A stretch of 63,661 nt of DNA, counting the filler, from Neolecta irregularis DAH-3 (lineage: Eukaryota): NCBI GenBank assembly GCA_001929475.1. It is 6 parts of 6 records of this genome, joined end to end, with 100 filler letters (N's around TTAATTAATTAA, not from the genome) between each part and the next. Parts side by side here need not be neighbours in the genome. Positions count along the whole stretch, not along the records: positions 62,466 to 63,661 come from LXFE01004013.1; 5 more parts are not named here. One strand, written 5' to 3'. The position numbers and the translations under genes are program-made. This document shows, piece after piece, positions 62,479 through 63,661 of the stretch. Below the pieces are notes generated by a model. It was not told where the DNA came from. It did not search any database and saw only the letters and a list, made by a program, of their open reading frames with translations. Within the stretch, counting starts at the first letter, position 1, and the number at the start of each line of letters is the position of its first letter.

Positions 62479-63661
62479 TTAACAAGAAATAGAGTTTGTA
62501 GTAGTCTTATTCAATTGACTCACTAGGAGTTCTGGTATCAGCTTCATAAACACCTGGAAACTTTGATCGCTGAAGAATTTCCTGAATCTGCAGGTATCTC
62601 TACTTGTACAGAGCTCAGAAAAGGTCATCCATTCGCTATTTGTATGAACAAAATACTTGTGAAAGCCATACCTCAAGACTCAGTCCTTTTGTTTCAGGAA
62701 TGAAAAGATAGCTCATGACTCCCGCAATACAACAAAAGCTGCCATCTAGGTATCAGAGTAAGTTGCCGAGAGGGTTCGCGCATAGTATAAAGCATCCATA
62801 ACCACCCCGTCCAATATGGCATATCATTATCGGCGTTAACCTTGCAACGATGAAATTGAATAACCTTGAGAATGATTAAATGGAGTTTGTGAAGGGGAAA
62901 CCATTGAGTAGCTGTAGTGATTGACGTACAAATCCCACGAAGCCGGCAAGAGAAGATTTCAGAGCAAAATATCCATGGGGCCGGCCTGAATATTGTCAAA
63001 TTAGTATGACAGCTTACCCTTACCCCCAACCAAAACTATAGAAGGATACAAACATAAAAATTGCAATAACTGCAATAATTCCAGGGGCACTAACGTGCTC
63101 ACGAGGATGGGGATCCTTAAGAGCAATAAATGCAGCAACGTAAAACATCATAAAACCCTAAGTTTCACCAACAATATTCAAGAAATGGTTAGATACCTGG
63201 GCAAAAGCTGTCCAAATCAAACTCCGTCTCCGTCCGAGAGTTTCGACGACGCTTATAAGAAAAACTGCAGTCGTGATAAATTTCGCAATGCCGTAGAGCC
63301 CTGTGACAAAGAGCGAAGAGCGTGTAGAGTTTAATCCAAGGTCCTTGAAAATCATCGGAGAATAATAGTTGATTGCATTTGCCTAAAGATCAACTTCTTC
63401 CTCGATCTCGTGTCTCAAAGTGATTACGCCGGATAACTGTTGCCCAACCATAATTCCGACCCCAAAGATGATTCGTTTCCTGTTTGCTGGAACCAAGACG
63501 AGTTCTTTTAACAAATCCATACATGTGGTATTCTGCACAATTTCCTTGTCATAATCAACTTGATCCTTCATTTCCCTCAACTCTGTTTGAATATAAGGAT
63601 GCGATGAAGGTAATTCCCGGATATGTTCGAGGGCCCGAGCAGCTTTGTCAAACTGATCATT
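62479..63661 (-). CDS. MFS sugar porter (quinate permease-like), 3' part; runs off the window
   Basis: GQQLSG/NAINYYSP, VETLGRRRSL, PWIFCSEIF, IPETKGLSLE. Confidence 0.88.

Overview
Eukaryotic (fungal) nuclear DNA. Very high gene density, many tiny introns (mostly 30-50 nt) and the gene complement point to a compact ascomycete genome, most consistent with an early-diverging, Taphrinomycotina/Neolecta-like fungus (inference, no search run). The window is a concatenation of contigs joined by five artificial 100-nt spacers (N...TTAATTAATTAA...N), so gene order across spacers is unreliable. About 43 protein genes can be supported, mostly housekeeping (ARG4, FMP46, NIMA kinase, SUB2, HSK3, RPS30, GAD1, PRP38, SCS7, TOM70, COX9, TAF8, SOM1, XRCC2-like, GPI10, SEC8, BRE1, BDP1, RAD23, VPS3, COY1, UTR4, TBP and others). 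A gene-sparse accessory segment (about 10.8-19.5 kb) carries a GRE2-like reductase, a twin-domain PIR cell-wall protein, a GH18 chitinase and transposon relics. CDS coordinates span start to stop including introns and were placed by eye. Most notable observations: divergent genes with almost no intergenic space (SOM1/XRCC2 start codons 2 nt apart inside a 12-bp palindrome; BRE1/BDP1 sharing a CATG); at least 7-8 GC-AG micro-introns; a family of short solo LTRs (one with a perfect 5-bp TSD); hAT-like relics; a signal-peptide-bearing protein kinase; and recurrent G-rich to C-rich skew flips that may mark recombination hotspots. No CRISPR array, tRNA or rRNA was recognised, and I cannot claim a demonstrably new multi-gene system.
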